From contig OZ024741.1 of assembly GCA_964016885.1 (NCBI GenBank), forward strand, positions 150,722,001 to 150,786,000: a DNA stretch of 64,000 bases. Direction: 5' to 3'. The notes beneath the pieces were generated by a model. The model had not been told where the DNA came from. It searched no databases and was given only the letters and a program-made list of their open reading frames with translations. This document shows positions 15,061 to 29,218 of the stretch, in pieces; position 1 is the stretch's first letter, and the number at the start of each line of letters is the position of its first letter. This stretch comes from Eledone cirrhosa (taxonomy: Eukaryota). Position numbers and translations under genes: made by a program.

Positions 15061-15574
15061 TTTTAGACTATATGTTAGTTTCTTTACATTCAATATTTAT
15101 TTTATCTGTCTAATACCATTTTCCAGTTCACTTGTTCACCCACAATTGTAAACCGGACGCTTCTGGCAAAAGTTTACATAATAAAATTATATTCAATCCT
15201 CCTTATAAAATTAACAAAATGTGATTAAAAAACCTCCTTCCAGCTTCCCCACCTTCTCCACTAAAACTATCTTGAAAGCGCATTTTTGCAGAATATCGAA
15301 TGTAAACAGGAGTCGAAAGAAAACAAACAAAATAAACCAAAAAAGCAAAACAAACAAAAAGACGAAATAAAATAAAAAAGAAAAACAAACAAACAACAAC
15401 AAACACAAATGCAAAGTTTAAAAAAATTAATTAATTAATTACGTAACTAGACATACTCGGGCTATTAACTAATTATAAAGAAGCAATTTACTCTGTTAAA
15501 CTGTCAGGTATAAATTTATGTTGAAGAATATATATACACTGAATATTCAATTCTGTTGAACAATAAATAATAAC

Positions 15575-16452
15575 AATAATGATTTTTATTATAGGAACAA
15601 GGCCAGTAATTATGTGGGAGGGGAAATTCGATTAAACCGACCCCCGTGCATTATTGGTGTTTTATTTTATAGACCCACGTAAGGATGAAAGGCAAAATAA
15701 CCTCAACAGGATTTGAACTCAGAACGAAAAGAACCGTAGCTCTATGCCGTAAAGCATATTGTCCGATGCTCTACCGATACTAACAATCCACCGCCCCAAT
15801 AATAATGGTTTCTTATATAGGCACAAGGCCAGCAATTTGGGGGGAGGGGAAAGTCGATTAAATCGACCCCAGTGCCTGCCTGGAACTTTATTTTATCAAC
15901 CCCTTAAGGATGAAAGACAGATTTAACCTCAGCGGGATTTGAACACAGATCATAAAAGGCCGTAACTCTATGCTGCAAAGCATGGCGCCCGACCCTCTAC
16001 TGATACTGCCAATCCACTGCACTCGCCGTCCTAATAATAATGGTTTCTGATTTAAGCACAATGCCAACAATTTGGGTGAAAATGGGGGAAAATCGGGGAA
16101 AATCGATTAAATCAACCCCAGTACATTACTGAGGCTATATTTCATCGACTCCGTAAGGATGAAAGGCAAGGGTAACCTCGATGGGATTTGAACTCAGAAG
16201 TAAAGAGCTACAAAGCATAGTGTGCGACGCTCTATCGATAATGATTATTATTATCATTGAATTGGCAGAATCGGTAGAGCGTCGGAAACCATGATTTGCT
16301 GCGTAGAATTACGGTCCTATACGTTCTGAGTTCAAATCCCACCGAGGTTAACTTTGCCTTCCAACCTTGCGGGGTAGATAAAATAAAATACCAGTAATGC
16401 ACTGGGGTAATTGCTGGCGTTGTGCCAAAAGTAGAAACAATTATTATTATTA
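15575..16452. mobile_element. SINE cluster: three minus-strand copies head-to-tail, then one plus-strand copy
   Basis: Repeated GGATGAAAGGC..CCTC..GGATTTGAACTCAGA blocks. The plus copy has TGGCAGAATCGG and GAGTTCAAATCC boxes and an (ATT)n tail. Confidence 0.85.
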
Positions 16453-16839
16453 TATCGATGGTTTTCTAGTATCTATTGAGTTTTAAACAAGGGCCTTAAG
16501 TAGACAACACCTTGCTGAGTATATGTGCAGTGCACAGCAAGGCAGTCTTTTGTAGGTGAGGGATTTGTGAATCTAGGTTATTCTTTCAGTGTTAGTGCTA
16601 TCGAGCCCAAAGCTCCGATGACAACTGAAATTACCTTAATCTTGTTAGGTGGTATTCACTACATTCGTGCAATTTCGATCTTTAAGTCAGTATTTTAAAA
16701 ATTTCTCTTACGGTGGTTATGTTGTGGTCTCCTATGATGGTAATATCAATAGTTTGGCATACGCGCCTATCTGTGAACATAACTACAATGTCAGTTTTGT
16801 TGTGTTCATATCCGAGATGCGTTTCGATAGTGAGGTCCC

Positions 16840-17038
16840 GCACACACTCTCACACATACGCGCGCACACACACACACACATACACACACGCATAGACACA
16901 CACGCATAGACACACAACACACACGCACGCACACGCGCACACACACACGCACGCACACACGCACGCGCACACACACACACGCATAGACACACAACACACA
17001 CACAAACACACATAGACACACACATAGACACACACATA

Positions 17039-17110
<72 letters not shown>

Positions 17111-17608
17111 CCAATCTTAATTTCCATTTACGGCTTAGTACGATAAGCAGTGAACATATGTCAGCTGATATTTGAGAATTTCAAGATCACATTTTTAGGT
17201 GAATTACTATCCAAGAGGGGCCAGCGTGTGGTTTTGAACTCAGAACACACAGAGCCGGAACAGACACGGCAAAGCACCCAGTCCAACTAATTAACTATCC
17301 CCTCAATCGATTACCCCTAAGCTGGCAATTTCTTTATTGATCCAGAAAGGATAAAAGGCAAAGTTGATTCGACGATATTCAAGCTTGGAGCACAGTGAAC
17401 CAGAAAAAACACCGAGGCATTTAATCCAACGCTTTAACAACTCTTCTGCCATTTACACCATCACACACACACACGCACGCGCACACGCACGCGCACATGC
17501 ACGCGCACACGCACGCGCACACGCACGCGCACACGCACGCGCACACGCACGCGCACACACGCATAAACATACACACACACACACACATACATACATGCAC
17601 AGACACAG

Positions 17609-17647
<39 letters not shown>

Positions 17648-17670
17648 CACACACACGTGCATGCGCGCGT
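16840..17670. repeat. (CA)n/(CACGCG)n microsatellites with intervening SINE fragments
   Basis: Direct inspection. Confidence 0.85.
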
Positions 17671-17929
17671 GTATTGATGCAAATGAGTAAAAATCATGCT
17701 TATTTTTTCATATGTAGCTGTAAGCAACTCTCCTCGTCTATGTAGATATGAAGGGGTAATCAACCCTGACCAACAGATAAAAGTCGTTGAAACTTGTCAA
17801 GTTCACTTCTCATTCCAATGTGCAGCGAGTCATATGGTTTAATCGCGGGAAATATTTTCATAGTTAAATCTATATTTATTAGATGTACGTATGCAATTTT
17901 ATATAGTATCGAGAAACACGTTATCTCAG

Positions 17930-17960
<31 letters not shown>

Positions 17961-18283
17961 TCATAAACTGTTGTCATATTTTCAAAAATGATAAGCGATG
18001 GGGCCCACCCACAGCCCCGACGCCCACACACGGTCCGATATATAGCTACATATACATACGTTTAAATATAAATGAATACGGTCATTTATACTCACCAATT
18101 TACATTTTCCCTTCTTATTCCTGCTATTGAAAAACAGCCGATGAAATTTTGCACGGAACATATTACGTCTTACGTTTGTGTCGTCATAGTTTTCGTCATG
18201 CAACTTATGGTAATCAGGATGTGATCAACAAATAAAGTATTATAATGGTTAACCTAGACTTAGGATTCGTTTAATAAACGAAA

Positions 18284-19441
18284 ATGAAATGTTTTCGGTG
18301 TGGAACAAATCAAAAACGGCCTAAGAAAGTGAGTTTTCCAAAATCTTTATCAATGTCTACAGGCCACAGCTATAACAAAAAAGATATATCAGTAAAATCT
18401 TCAATTGAATCACAATATATACGGAATCTCCAATATCAAATTTATTATCTGGAAATGGAGTCAAGATATCTGCGGAAGTTACTCGCCAATCAGAAAGTTG
18501 ATGACAGGCATGTTAATAATGCACAAAACGTATCTAAATCGGAGCAAACATGTAGCGAACACCAAGAGAAAAATATGTTACAGACATTTAACAACATGAG
18601 AATGGATACTGAGATTGAAATTTATCAGCTGAAAACGAAATTGGCTGAAAAAGAAGAACGGTTGTCTGATATGGAAAAGAAAATGGACGAAATGAAGTCA
18701 GTTGCTTTGAAACACATGCATTGTATTAGATCACTCGAAGACAATTACAAATCTTCTCAGAATGTCATACAAAGATTGATGACAGAGAAAAATGAACACC
18801 AAACGCTCAAAGATAAATTATTGGAAACTACTGGAAAATTACAGAATTTGGAATCAAGTAAGAAGTTACTCTTTGAAAGCAATGAACGGTTACGTTTGGA
18901 GAACTCCAATTATATACGAGAAATTTCAGATTTAAAGAAAAGTTTAGAAGTGTGTTGGAGCGATTTAAATAATAAAAGCAAAGAGCTGAAACACTGTATG
19001 AGTGACCTTGAAGAAATGTCCGTAGTGAGAGCGGAAAAAGAAGAATATGCTAGACGAGTAACAGAATGCATGGAACGGCTTGCAACGTTAGAATGCCATA
19101 ATGGTAGTTTGGAAAATCTTTTGAAAATGGCCAACACAAGAAATCAAGATATGGAATCGGCAAATAGAAATATCATGATGGAGAAGGAAAGGTTACATGC
19201 GGACAAGAGGCTATTGTTAGATAGAATGGCAGCAGAAGAACAGAAAGTGGAAAGATTAAAAGAAGAAAATTATGAATTGCATAAAAACCAATCCTGTTTA
19301 GATAAAAGGCTGAAAGATGTCGAGGAACTGAAGAATTTACAAAACACTTTGCACACACAGAAGTGGGAAGAATTCGGTACACTGGCCAACACCATGCGCT
19401 CTCTATCACAATCAATGTCAGGGAATTCCTCCTGTAGGTAG
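18284..19441 (+). CDS. Intronless coiled-coil protein, 385 aa, uncharacterised
   Basis: Long non-repetitive ORF with AAAATG start and E/K/L-rich heptads; motifs ESQYIRNLQYQIYYLEME and QKWEEF; AATAAA at 19523. Confidence 0.8.
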   Translation: MKCFRCGTNQKRPKKVSFPKSLSMSTGHSYNKKDISVKSSIESQYIRNLQYQIYYLEMESRYLRKLLANQKVDDRHVNNAQNVSKSEQTCSEHQEKNMLQTFNNMRMDTEIEIYQLKTKLAEKEERLSDMEKKMDEMKSVALKHMHCIRSLEDNYKSSQNVIQRLMTEKNEHQTLKDKLLETTGKLQNLESSKKLLFESNERLRLENSNYIREISDLKKSLEVCWSDLNNKSKELKHCMSDLEEMSVVRAEKEEYARRVTECMERLATLECHNGSLENLLKMANTRNQDMESANRNIMMEKERLHADKRLLLDRMAAEEQKVERLKEENYELHKNQSCLDKRLKDVEELKNLQNTLHTQKWEEFGTLANTMRSLSQSMSGNSSCR

Positions 19442-20532
19442 ACAATCTACAGATTAACATATTCCACTACATTAACTTGGATACACACTTTATTAAGAAC
19501 CTATAAGAGGTGTAATTAAACAAATAAACATCTCCATAAAAATACTACAGGAGACACATTGATATTTTTCTATTTTATAATCTATCGCATAAAGTAGTAA
19601 AACCTTTCGAACTAATTGAAAATTATGATTTAAGTTTTAGAAAATGTTTTAAGGATACATTGAAATATTAAAATTGACAGTTTTACGAGTAGCTACTAAT
19701 TTGTACACCTTTGCCACTTCTCTTCCTCCTCCCGTATTGTTTTCCAGCAATCCCTACTACTACCTCCTTGATTTTCAGTGACCCTATTAACCCCCAGCAA
19801 CCTCAGAGGAGACGGGTTACGCTTGCTTTGGGAATCACTAATCGACCGCAATCTAGTGGGTGTATCTAAGTTTTACAATTCTTAAGCATTTTCCTGTGTT
19901 TCACTTGTTTGTGAGTGAAATTGTTTCGAACTGTTTCGAATCCCATCTGATTGATTCTATAGTACTTGTAATTCAAAGGTCCAGCCTTGTCCCTCGCCGT
20001 ATCACGCTGAATCTTCCTGAGAATTACTCATCCAAATACAGATTAATTTCACAAGCATACTGTTGATTGAATAACATTCATCGTCAAAATCTACTATTCA
20101 GGAGTCATAATCGTTTGACAAGTGACTTGATATAAAATATCGTGCATTGAAACTGAAACAAAGACATGGTATACAGTCATAGTATAATCATTTAAAACAT
20201 AGATATATGTACTGCTAACCTTACAATTACACCAATAGATAGTCATTTAAAGTATAAATGCAGTCTTTACTACATGCTAACTAATCTTCAGATCTAATAA
20301 ACTCTTAACGTCATGTACAACATGAAACTCCATTAGCAAGACATTCCTAAGTACAAAACAGTACTATGGCTGTATCAAATTAAAAAAAAATATTTTAGTT
20401 TACTGCACATTTTAACAAGGGACTGACGACTAGTAAAGATACCATAAACATTGCAAATAAAAACGTATTTTTAGGCACTTTCTACTAAATTATTACAGGA
20501 TATTGAGTGTTAATATCGTTCCTATATATATA

Positions 20533-20756
<224 letters not shown>

Positions 20757-20855
20757 TTACCCACTCTACTACCCTAAGTATTGAGTACTTTGGTGCGTTA
20801 TGGTCCATCTGGTTCCTTACCACATTTCCCTCGTTATATATATATATATATATAA

Positions 20856-21622
20856 AATTACAAGTAACGAGCTGTGTGGTTACTGTAAACAAAGTTTAAG
20901 ATGGTAATATGGACGAAACAAAAGAAGAAATCCTTCATCAGCTGTAAACCGTAGATCATAGATGTTTCGGCGCTTAATACAGGACATCAAAAGCGATCAG
21001 CGGCGCGCCGAGGGCTTTTTATCGATCAAAAGGCCAGGAGGTCAAGAAAAGAGAAAAAAGAGCGAAAAAGGAAAAGTAGTGAGGGGAGAGGAAGAAAGAG
21101 AAAAAACAGGTAAATAGACCTAAAGGTGAGGGGACACAGGCAAATGGAACATGGAAGTGAGTAACCGTGGAAAAAATAGAGTAGAATAAGTTATAACGAA
21201 CCGATTAGACTTAAGACTGGTGGTGCAATGACTGGAAGCGCGGTAGCTCTGTCCGATCTCAATCGAAGTGAGGGTAGAGAGAGAGAGAGGGGGGGGGGGG
21301 GAGAGAGATGGAGCAACCGGAAGTGAGAAGGAGACGGGAAAGGGAGATAATCCAAAAGAGTTTTACGACAGTTGTAAAACGTGTCGTAAACGACCGAAAC
21401 CAGAAGAGTTTTACATGTGTGAAACATGTCGTAAACGATCGAAAACGAGCAGATGGATAGAGAGAGAAAGAGAGAGAACGAGAGGGAGAAAAAGGGGAAG
21501 AGAGGAAAGAGGAGAGTCGAGAGGAAAGCTGGTGAGACCACAAATCGAGCAAAACAGGTAGAGGGGGTCACAGCGGTAAATACAAACTTACAAGAAACGA
21601 AACGAGCTGTGTGGTTACTGTA
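20856..21622 (-). mobile_element. ~735-bp non-coding element with a short terminal direct repeat, carrying a rearranged HHR
   Basis: AACGAGCTGTGTGGTTACTGTA at 20866 and 21601; CT-rich body on the minus strand. Confidence 0.7.
20935..21010 (-). ncRNA. Non-circularly permuted hammerhead-like RNA (variant 1, GUC site)
   Basis: GGCGC GCCG cu GAUC gcuuuu GAUGU C CUGUA uuaa GCGCC GAA ACAUC uau GAUC ua CGGU u UACAG CUGAUGA. Confidence 0.75.
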
Positions 21623-22163
21623 TCATCCGTCATCAGTACAGCTCACTGTTCCCCTGCCAAACTGTCAGAGCTAGTTTGGCAGGGTAACAGTCAGCTGTAC
21701 TGATGAAGAGTATAACCCAGAAACATTAGTGTCTGCAGTTCTGTTCGCATGCCCACACAAGAGCATGAATGAAGGGTTCATTCTACTGACATGGCTATAT
21801 AATTGAGGCTTGTTTGCATAATTGCAAACGAATCGAATGTTATTATTAATATTCGAAAAACTCAGACTACATTTATTGTATTGAGTCATGTAGAGCGAAA
21901 TTTTCTTTTTTATTTGAATTTGGCAAAGCCGGCCATTTATCGCTCGTATACAGGAAACTGACTGGCCAGTCTGCTGATATGCAAATCTGGCTGATCAGTG
22001 GCTCTGCTAATATGCAGATCTGACTGATCAACCAGTCTGCTAATATGCAAATCAGGCCGATCAGTCACTGTGTATTTTTGAAAATAACATATATTTTCAC
22101 TAGCTCTGACAGTTTGGCAGGTGAACAGTGAGCTGTACTGATGAAGGATAATACCCAGAAACA
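21621..22163 (+). mobile_element. 438-bp HHR-bearing unit plus partial repeat, with a ~53-bp inverted terminal copy (pLTR-like)
   Basis: CAGCTGTACTGATGA..CCCAGAAAC near 21700 and a similar copy near 22138; 21621-21673 is inverted relative to 22101-22153. Confidence 0.8.
21693..21740 (+). ncRNA. Type I hammerhead ribozyme with a weak stem II
   Basis: AGCUGUA-CUGAUGA-AGAGUAUAACCCA-GAAA-CAUUAGU-GUC-UGCAGUU. Confidence 0.7.
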
Positions 22164-22173
22164 GGACTATCCA

Positions 22174-22244
22174 TCATCAGTGATCTTCTGACGATCATCG
22201 GTATTTCTTCGCATTAAAGATCAGATACCTCAAAGTCAGTGCGA
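22174..22244 (-). ncRNA. Non-circularly permuted hammerhead-like RNA (variant 2, AUC site)
   Basis: UCGCA CUGAC uuuga GGUAU C UGAUCUU uaa UGCGA a GAA AUACC gaugauc GUCAG AAGAUCA CUGAUGA. Confidence 0.75.
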
Positions 22245-22458
22245 GCAATAACTAAAATAAGTTATTGCGATAAAAAGAATTGGGTGGAGAAAGAGAGACA
22301 TGTAAACGAACAAATTCGAAAGGAAACGTAAAGAGAGGAAAATGAGAATACAAGTCAATGGTACATGTGAACTTAAGTTCTAGCAAATCAATGACGAGAA
22401 GACGACAGACGCGTCCGAACCCTGCGAAATGTGAGCGAGAAAATGATTTCACACAGGT

Positions 22459-22578
<120 letters not shown>

Positions 22579-23012
22579 CATATATACGACCAGGTGAGAC
22601 TTTTCCCTATGTATATATGTCTGTGTATGTGTGTGTATGTGTCTGTGTGTGTACATGAAATATAAATTTAAAGATGACCGGGGAAGTTACAAGGTGAGTT
22701 GTTACGGGAAGGAGGATTTGGGTCGTAACGCGTGCTGTGGCAGGAATCGTGGTGTTTTCAAACAAAGTTCTTCCCAAGAAAAGAGAAAATTTATTTCAAA
22801 TATATTTTCAAATCTTCAGAAAATAGTGTTGTTTTCTCTTTGTGTCAGATGCAGTTAAATCCAAAATGGCGGAATTTACCAATCATCAGTAGAAAACTTA
22901 GTTTCTAGATTTAAGTGAGGTATTTGAAAATCATTAACAAAGAGAGATACAAAACATAATAACAAAACTATGTTTAGAAACTGTAATTATATGGTGCTGA
23001 GATTTATTTACT

Positions 23013-23069
<57 letters not shown>

Positions 23070-24552
23070 TATGAATAAATATATATATATACATAAATAA
23101 ATAAATAAATATCTATATATCTATATATATATATACGTAATCAGCAAACAAAACAAAAACATTATCTAGTATATAGAATGTGTACAGGTATGAAGATATA
23201 ATATAAATACATTTTCACATGCATTTACACACACTTAGAAACAGACAGGCAGACAGATACACGCATATATATATGTACATAATTACCTACACACATCTAT
23301 ATACACATGCACACATATACATGCATATACATTTATATACATACACATACATACATTCAAATATGCATACATGCAGACATACAAACTTACATGCATATAT
23401 GGACACACATATTTACATTCATGCACATACACATACGTATACCCATCCATCCTTCCATCGACCCATACATACATATATTCAGATAAACATACATATTTAC
23501 ATACATGTATGCACACAGACATAAATACAAACATGCATGAATGCATACATACACATGCACAGATACATACACTTGCACACATACATATATACATACACAC
23601 ATACATGGAGACAAACATCCATCCATACATACACACACATACATATATCTACATTTCTCTGATAATTTGAAACAATTTGGATGTTGAACCAAATTCAAGA
23701 CAACATTTTCCAAATTATTTAAGAAAAATTCTTCAATTTCTCTTCTATCTACAGAGATAACTTTTGCTGGAAACTATATTCAAATCTAATAAACAACTAA
23801 AGACATTCGTTGTTTTTTCATTTTCTTTTGATAAGAATTATATTGTAACAATTAATACTGTTATTATTTTTAGGATTATTTTGTTCGTTCGTTTGTGGAC
23901 TGTATTGTACATCACTCCTGTAAGTTTGTTATTTCTATTGTTACATAAGGTTTAATATTGAACATTTGTTACCGTTTTAAAGATAAACTAACAAAGATCT
24001 TAGGGAACTGGTTAGTTTTTCTCCGTCTTTAGCCCTTAGGGAAAAAAACCCCTGCGTTTGTTCACCAAATACGCCCCTTAATGTTTGTTCAAAAAAGAAA
24101 GATGGCGGAAGAAGAATCTACATCTGAAGAAAACAAAGCCTGCTATTCGTAGAACGGAACAGCAAGATTGTAAAAACCAACGACAGCAGCAGCGGTAGCA
24201 ACAACAATAACAACAATACAGCTCAACACGGGAAAATTATGAAACTGATTTCCAACAGTTAAACATTTTAGCACCACCATCACCATCACTATCACAAGAA
24301 AACAAAAGATAATAATGACAACATGAAGCTACAACAATACAAGCAAGAACACTGCCACCGACACCACCACCACCACCACAGAGATAGAGAGGGGGGGGGG
24401 GAGAAGGGAGATAGATAGTAAGAGAGAAAGAGAATCAGAAAGTGGGAGAGAGAAAGAAAAGGGTTAATACAAAGTGGCTGAAGTTAAGTTCTAAAACCGT
24501 ATTAACAACAAGACAGAGAGATAGATAGGTAGATAGAGAGAGATAAAGAGAT

Positions 24553-24597
<45 letters not shown>

Positions 24598-24620
24598 GGG
24601 GGAGAGATAGATAGATAGAT

Positions 24621-24683
<63 letters not shown>

Positions 24684-25125
24684 ATAGAGTGAGAGAGAGA
24701 GAGAGAGAGAGAACAGAGAGAGAAGGGAGAACGGAACTAGTGAGAGAGAGGAGGAAACGGAGGTCACAGCATTAAATTAATATGAATTAAAAGAGTGAAA
24801 ACGGTGCTGTGTGGTTTACTCCTTCTCTCGCTGTTCCCTTACTACCTTTGCACTCCTACCCACTTCCGTTTTCCTTCGTCTCTTCATCTCAACGCCTGTT
24901 GTCGCTACGACCAGGCGTTCTTTTCTCTCTCTCCCGCTTGTTGTTAGTACGGGTTCAGAACTTATGTTCGGCCCAAGTATTAACTCTTTCCTTTCCCCCC
25001 TCGGTTACTACCAAACTTTCATATACTGCTGCCTTCGCCCTTTCCCCTTTCTGTATTGGTATGTCCTTCTTTTTTTAATCGTTCTCTTCGTTATCATCTG
25101 TTGTGTTTCTTCCCGGATAGCTATC

Positions 25126-25192
25126 AACGCACTGCGGTGAGATGTATTGTCGTTAATGCGTTCGAAACATCAGTGATCCACAGAAGACATGA
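25126..25192 (+). ncRNA. Rearranged hammerhead-like RNA (variant 3, GUA site); CUGAUGA box partly deleted
   Basis: AACGCA CUGCGG uga GAUGU A uUGUC guuaa UGCGUU c GAA ACAUC agugau CCACAG aa GACA (..)UGA gggg. Confidence 0.6.
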
Positions 25193-25234
25193 GGGGGGAT
25201 TGTCCTTGTGTTTGTGTTTCTTTCACGTTTTCTA

Positions 25235-25312
<78 letters not shown>

Positions 25313-25607
25313 GAGGTAACAGATTATTGTTATAGGTAGTCCACTTAAGTGTAGTCCAGTTATGGTACTCCGGATAGTGGATGATATCAACGCTTGGCTA
25401 AGTTTGACTCAACCATGCGTTTCCATAGTGATGTTGCGAGTACGCTGTAATTCCTATGTTGTAAACACTTGGAGTAATGTATTGGTGATCGAATAACGTA
25501 AAAACAAGCGGGTAGCGATCTCTAGACCTACCAGTTCAGAGAAACATTTGTCAGCAATGAGATTAAAACCTTTTTTGTATAGCAAACCGTGTCACTCTTC
25601 TTTCCTG

Positions 25608-25676
<69 letters not shown>

Positions 25677-26501
25677 CAGGTACACATATATATATATGTA
25701 CGTATCAGTTTAGCGGACGTTTATTATAACGCCCGCTTTGTCCGTTTGTAAACAAGCGGACAGCCTGATTTATGCCGTACGGTGTTAAGGCAACCACGTC
25801 ATCTTTCTGTTCAACACTGACACAGGAACGATGTACTAGTTTCAAGCTTCTTAGCTATCATCAGCACCGTATACCCTTCTGCCAGATGGTTGAACGTTCG
25901 AAAGTATATACTTTCCTTATGAAAATTAACGGCTGAGCAGCCTAATTTGCATATCGAGTGAGTTCAGTCGGCCAGGCGTACCGAAAACGATAAGTTGTAA
26001 TATAATGAAACTGATACGTACATATATATATGTGTACCTGTATGTATATATATATATATATATATATGCATGCTACTGTACGTCTGTATACATATATGTA
26101 TGTACGTATACATACATACTTACATTTAAGTAAGTGCCGTACAAAGAGTGAGAAATGAAATTTCGTTTCATTATATTACAACTTATCGTTTTCGGTACGC
26201 CTGGCCGACTGAACTCACTCGATATGCAAATTAGGCTGCCCAGCCGTTAATTTTCATAAGGAAAGTATATACTTTCGAACGTTCAACCATCTGGCAGAAG
26301 GGTATACGGCGCTGATGATAGTTAAGAAGCTTGAAACTAGTACATCGTTCCTGTGCCAGTGTTGAACAAAAATGTGACGTGGTTGCCTTAACACCGTACG
26401 GCATAAATCAGGCTGTCCGCTTGATTACAAACGGACAAAGCGGGCGTTATATTAAACGTCCGCTAAACTGATACGTACATATATATATATATATGTACCT
26501 G

Positions 26502-26570
<69 letters not shown>

Positions 26571-26574
<4 letters not shown>

Positions 26575-27147
26575 AGATAAGCAGAACAAGTAAAATTCAA
26601 CCAATTTTTCAAAATAAATCAAAATTAATATACAATTAAATTAATCAAAATTAAAAAATATAATATAAATATTTACCTATTCAAATGGCCCTAACTGTAC
26701 AGTTTCACGGTGCAAAACATTAAATATCACGAGGATATTAATGGAAAAGCAACGATCATCAGAGAAGCATTTTCCTGTCCTATGGCTAAAAACCCAAGGA
26801 ACGACAAAATATATGACCTCACTCCAACTAATACAGGTCTAAAAGGTCGTGAAAGTGACCCGTAAATACATTGGTGTATAGTGAAGGCGGGAAATCGTAG
26901 ACTCGCCGTCTATAATCGCCACTAAAAAAGATTTTTAGTAACTAAATAGAACGACAAAGTTTTATCTCTACATACTGGAGATTATTGAATAAGGTTAATA
27001 TATATCTGAGGGTACAATGTACCCCCGGAAATATATAGTGTGTCTATGATTTAAGGTGGTTCTATGGTAATAATTTGATATACCAGAACTTAATATCAAG
27101 ATAAGCAGAACAAGTAAAATTCAACCAATTTTTCAAAATAAATCAAA
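26571..27147 (-). mobile_element. 524-bp unit with a ~53-bp terminal direct repeat, inserted in the (AT)n of a family A unit
   Basis: ATCAAGATAAGCAGAACAAG...AAATCAAA at 26571 and 27095; (AT)n on both sides. Confidence 0.8.
26688..26768 (-). ncRNA. Type I hammerhead-like motif with extended stem II
   Basis: GCUUCU-CUGAUGA-UCGUUGC...GCACCGU-GAAA-CUGUACA-GUU-AGGGC; palindromic stem III; weak stem I. Confidence 0.55.
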
Positions 27148-27396
27148 TATATATATATATATGCATGCTACTGTACGTCTGTATACATATATGTATGTAC
27201 GTATACATACTTACATTTAAGTAAGTGCCGTACTAAGAGTGAGAAATGAAATTTCGTTTCATTATATTACAACTTATCGTTGTCGGTACGCCTGGCCGAC
27301 TGAACTCACTCGATATGCAAATTAGGCTGCTCAGCCGTTAATTTTCATAAGGAAAGTATATACTTTCGAACGTTCAACCATCTGGCAGAATGGTAT

Positions 27397-27439
27397 ACGG
27401 TGCTGATGATAGCTAAGAAGCTTGAAACTAGTACATCGT
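27397..27439 (+). ncRNA. Minimal type I hammerhead ribozyme (family A; also 26306-26348, 27880-27922, 28365-28407 and minus 25828-25870)
   Basis: ACGGUG-CUGAUGA-UAGCUAAGAAGCUU-GAAA-CUA-GUA-CAUCGU. Confidence 0.88.
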
Positions 27440-27588
27440 TCCTGTGTCAGTGTTGAACAAAAAGGTGACGTGGTTGCCTTAACACCGTACGGCATAATTC
27501 AGGCTGTCCGCTTGTTTACAAACGGACAAAGCGGGCGTTATAATAAACGTCCGCTAAACTGATACGTACATATATATATGTGTACCTG

Positions 27589-27644
<56 letters not shown>

Positions 27645-28071
27645 TGCTACTGTACGTCTGTATACATATATGTATGTACGTATACATACATACTTACATT
27701 TAAGTAAGTGCCGTACTAAGAGTGAGAAATGAAATTTCGTTTCATTATATTACAACTTATCGTTTTCGGTACGCCTGGCCGACTGAACTCACTCGATATG
27801 CAAATTAGGCTGCTCAGCCGTTAATTTTCATAAGGAAAGTATATACTTTCGAACGTTCAACCATCTGGCAGAATGGTATACGGTGCTGATGATAGCTAAG
27901 AAGCTTGAAACTAGTACATCGTTCCTGTGTCAGTGTTGAACAAAAAGGTGACGTGGTTGCCTTAACACCGTACGGGATAAATCAGGCTGTCCACTTGTTT
28001 ACAAACGGACAAAGCAGGCGTTATAATAAACGTCCGCTAAACTGATACGTACATATATATATGTGTACCTG

Positions 28072-28129
<58 letters not shown>

Positions 28130-28556
28130 TGCTACTGTACGTCTGTATACATATATGTATGTACGTATACATACATACTTACATTTAAGTAAGTGCCGTA
28201 CTAAGAGTGAGAAATGAAATTTCGTTTCATTATATTACAACTTATCGTTTTCGGTACACCTGGTCGACTAAACTCACTCGATATGCAAATTAGGCTGCTC
28301 AGCCGTTAATTTTCATAAGGAAAGTATATACTTTCGAACGTTCAACCATCTGGCAGAAGGGTATACGGTGCTGATGATAGCTAAGAAGCTTGAAACTAGT
28401 ACATCGTTCCTGTGTCAGTGTTGAACAAAAAGGTGACGTGGTTGCCTTAACGCCGTATGGCATAAATCAGGCTGTCCGCTTGTTTACAAACGGACAAAGC
28501 GGGCGTTATAATAAACGTCCGCTAAACTGATACGTACATATATATATGTGTACCTG

Positions 28557-28587
<31 letters not shown>

Positions 28588-28664
28588 GCATGCTACTGTA
28601 CATCTGTATGCATATATGTATGTACGTATACATACATACCTATATATATATATATATATATATA

Positions 28665-29218
28665 CCCTCTCTAGCAGTCACTCTCTCTGTTAGCCTCTTC
28701 CTCACCCTTCACTCACTCACTCTCTGTTACTACCTCTTCTCCTCCTCCTTCTTTCCGTTTGACCTGTGCGTAATTCTTTTCTTTCGCACCCTTGGTCTGG
28801 CAGGTCGCTTTTTTTTCTCTCCCTCTTCTACGATTTCACAGAACTTACGTTCACCGAAATCACAGACTAGATCCCTTCTTCCTCCCGTTAGACCTGCACG
28901 GAATTCCTTCCTTGCTCACATTCCAACCAGGTTTGATTGTCTTTATTCTCTCTCGTTCACGATTTCACCGAATTTAAATTCATAGAAATTTGGGACTTGA
29001 CTCCTTCTTCCTCACTTTTCGTTGCTTCACCATTTTTGTTTGTTTACACTCCTGTACCCTTTATTTACGTGTCCCAACGACTTTTTTTAGCCGTTGCTCG
29101 CACCAACCGGAGGTATATGGTCTTTAAAGCGATGAAATACCAATGATGGTTGGAAGATCACTGATGAAGGACTAACTTTATTCATATGTAACCCATTAGC
29201 AACCCCGCAGCACGTTTT

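Larger units (their letters stand above)
25611..28640. repeat. Family A array: ~483-485-bp HHR-bearing units (one inverted unit, then four plus-strand units), each containing an (AT)n tract
   Basis: CTGATGA cores at 26312, 27403, 27886 and 28371 (+); minus-strand HHR at 25828-25870; orientation switches at ~26008. Confidence 0.92.
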
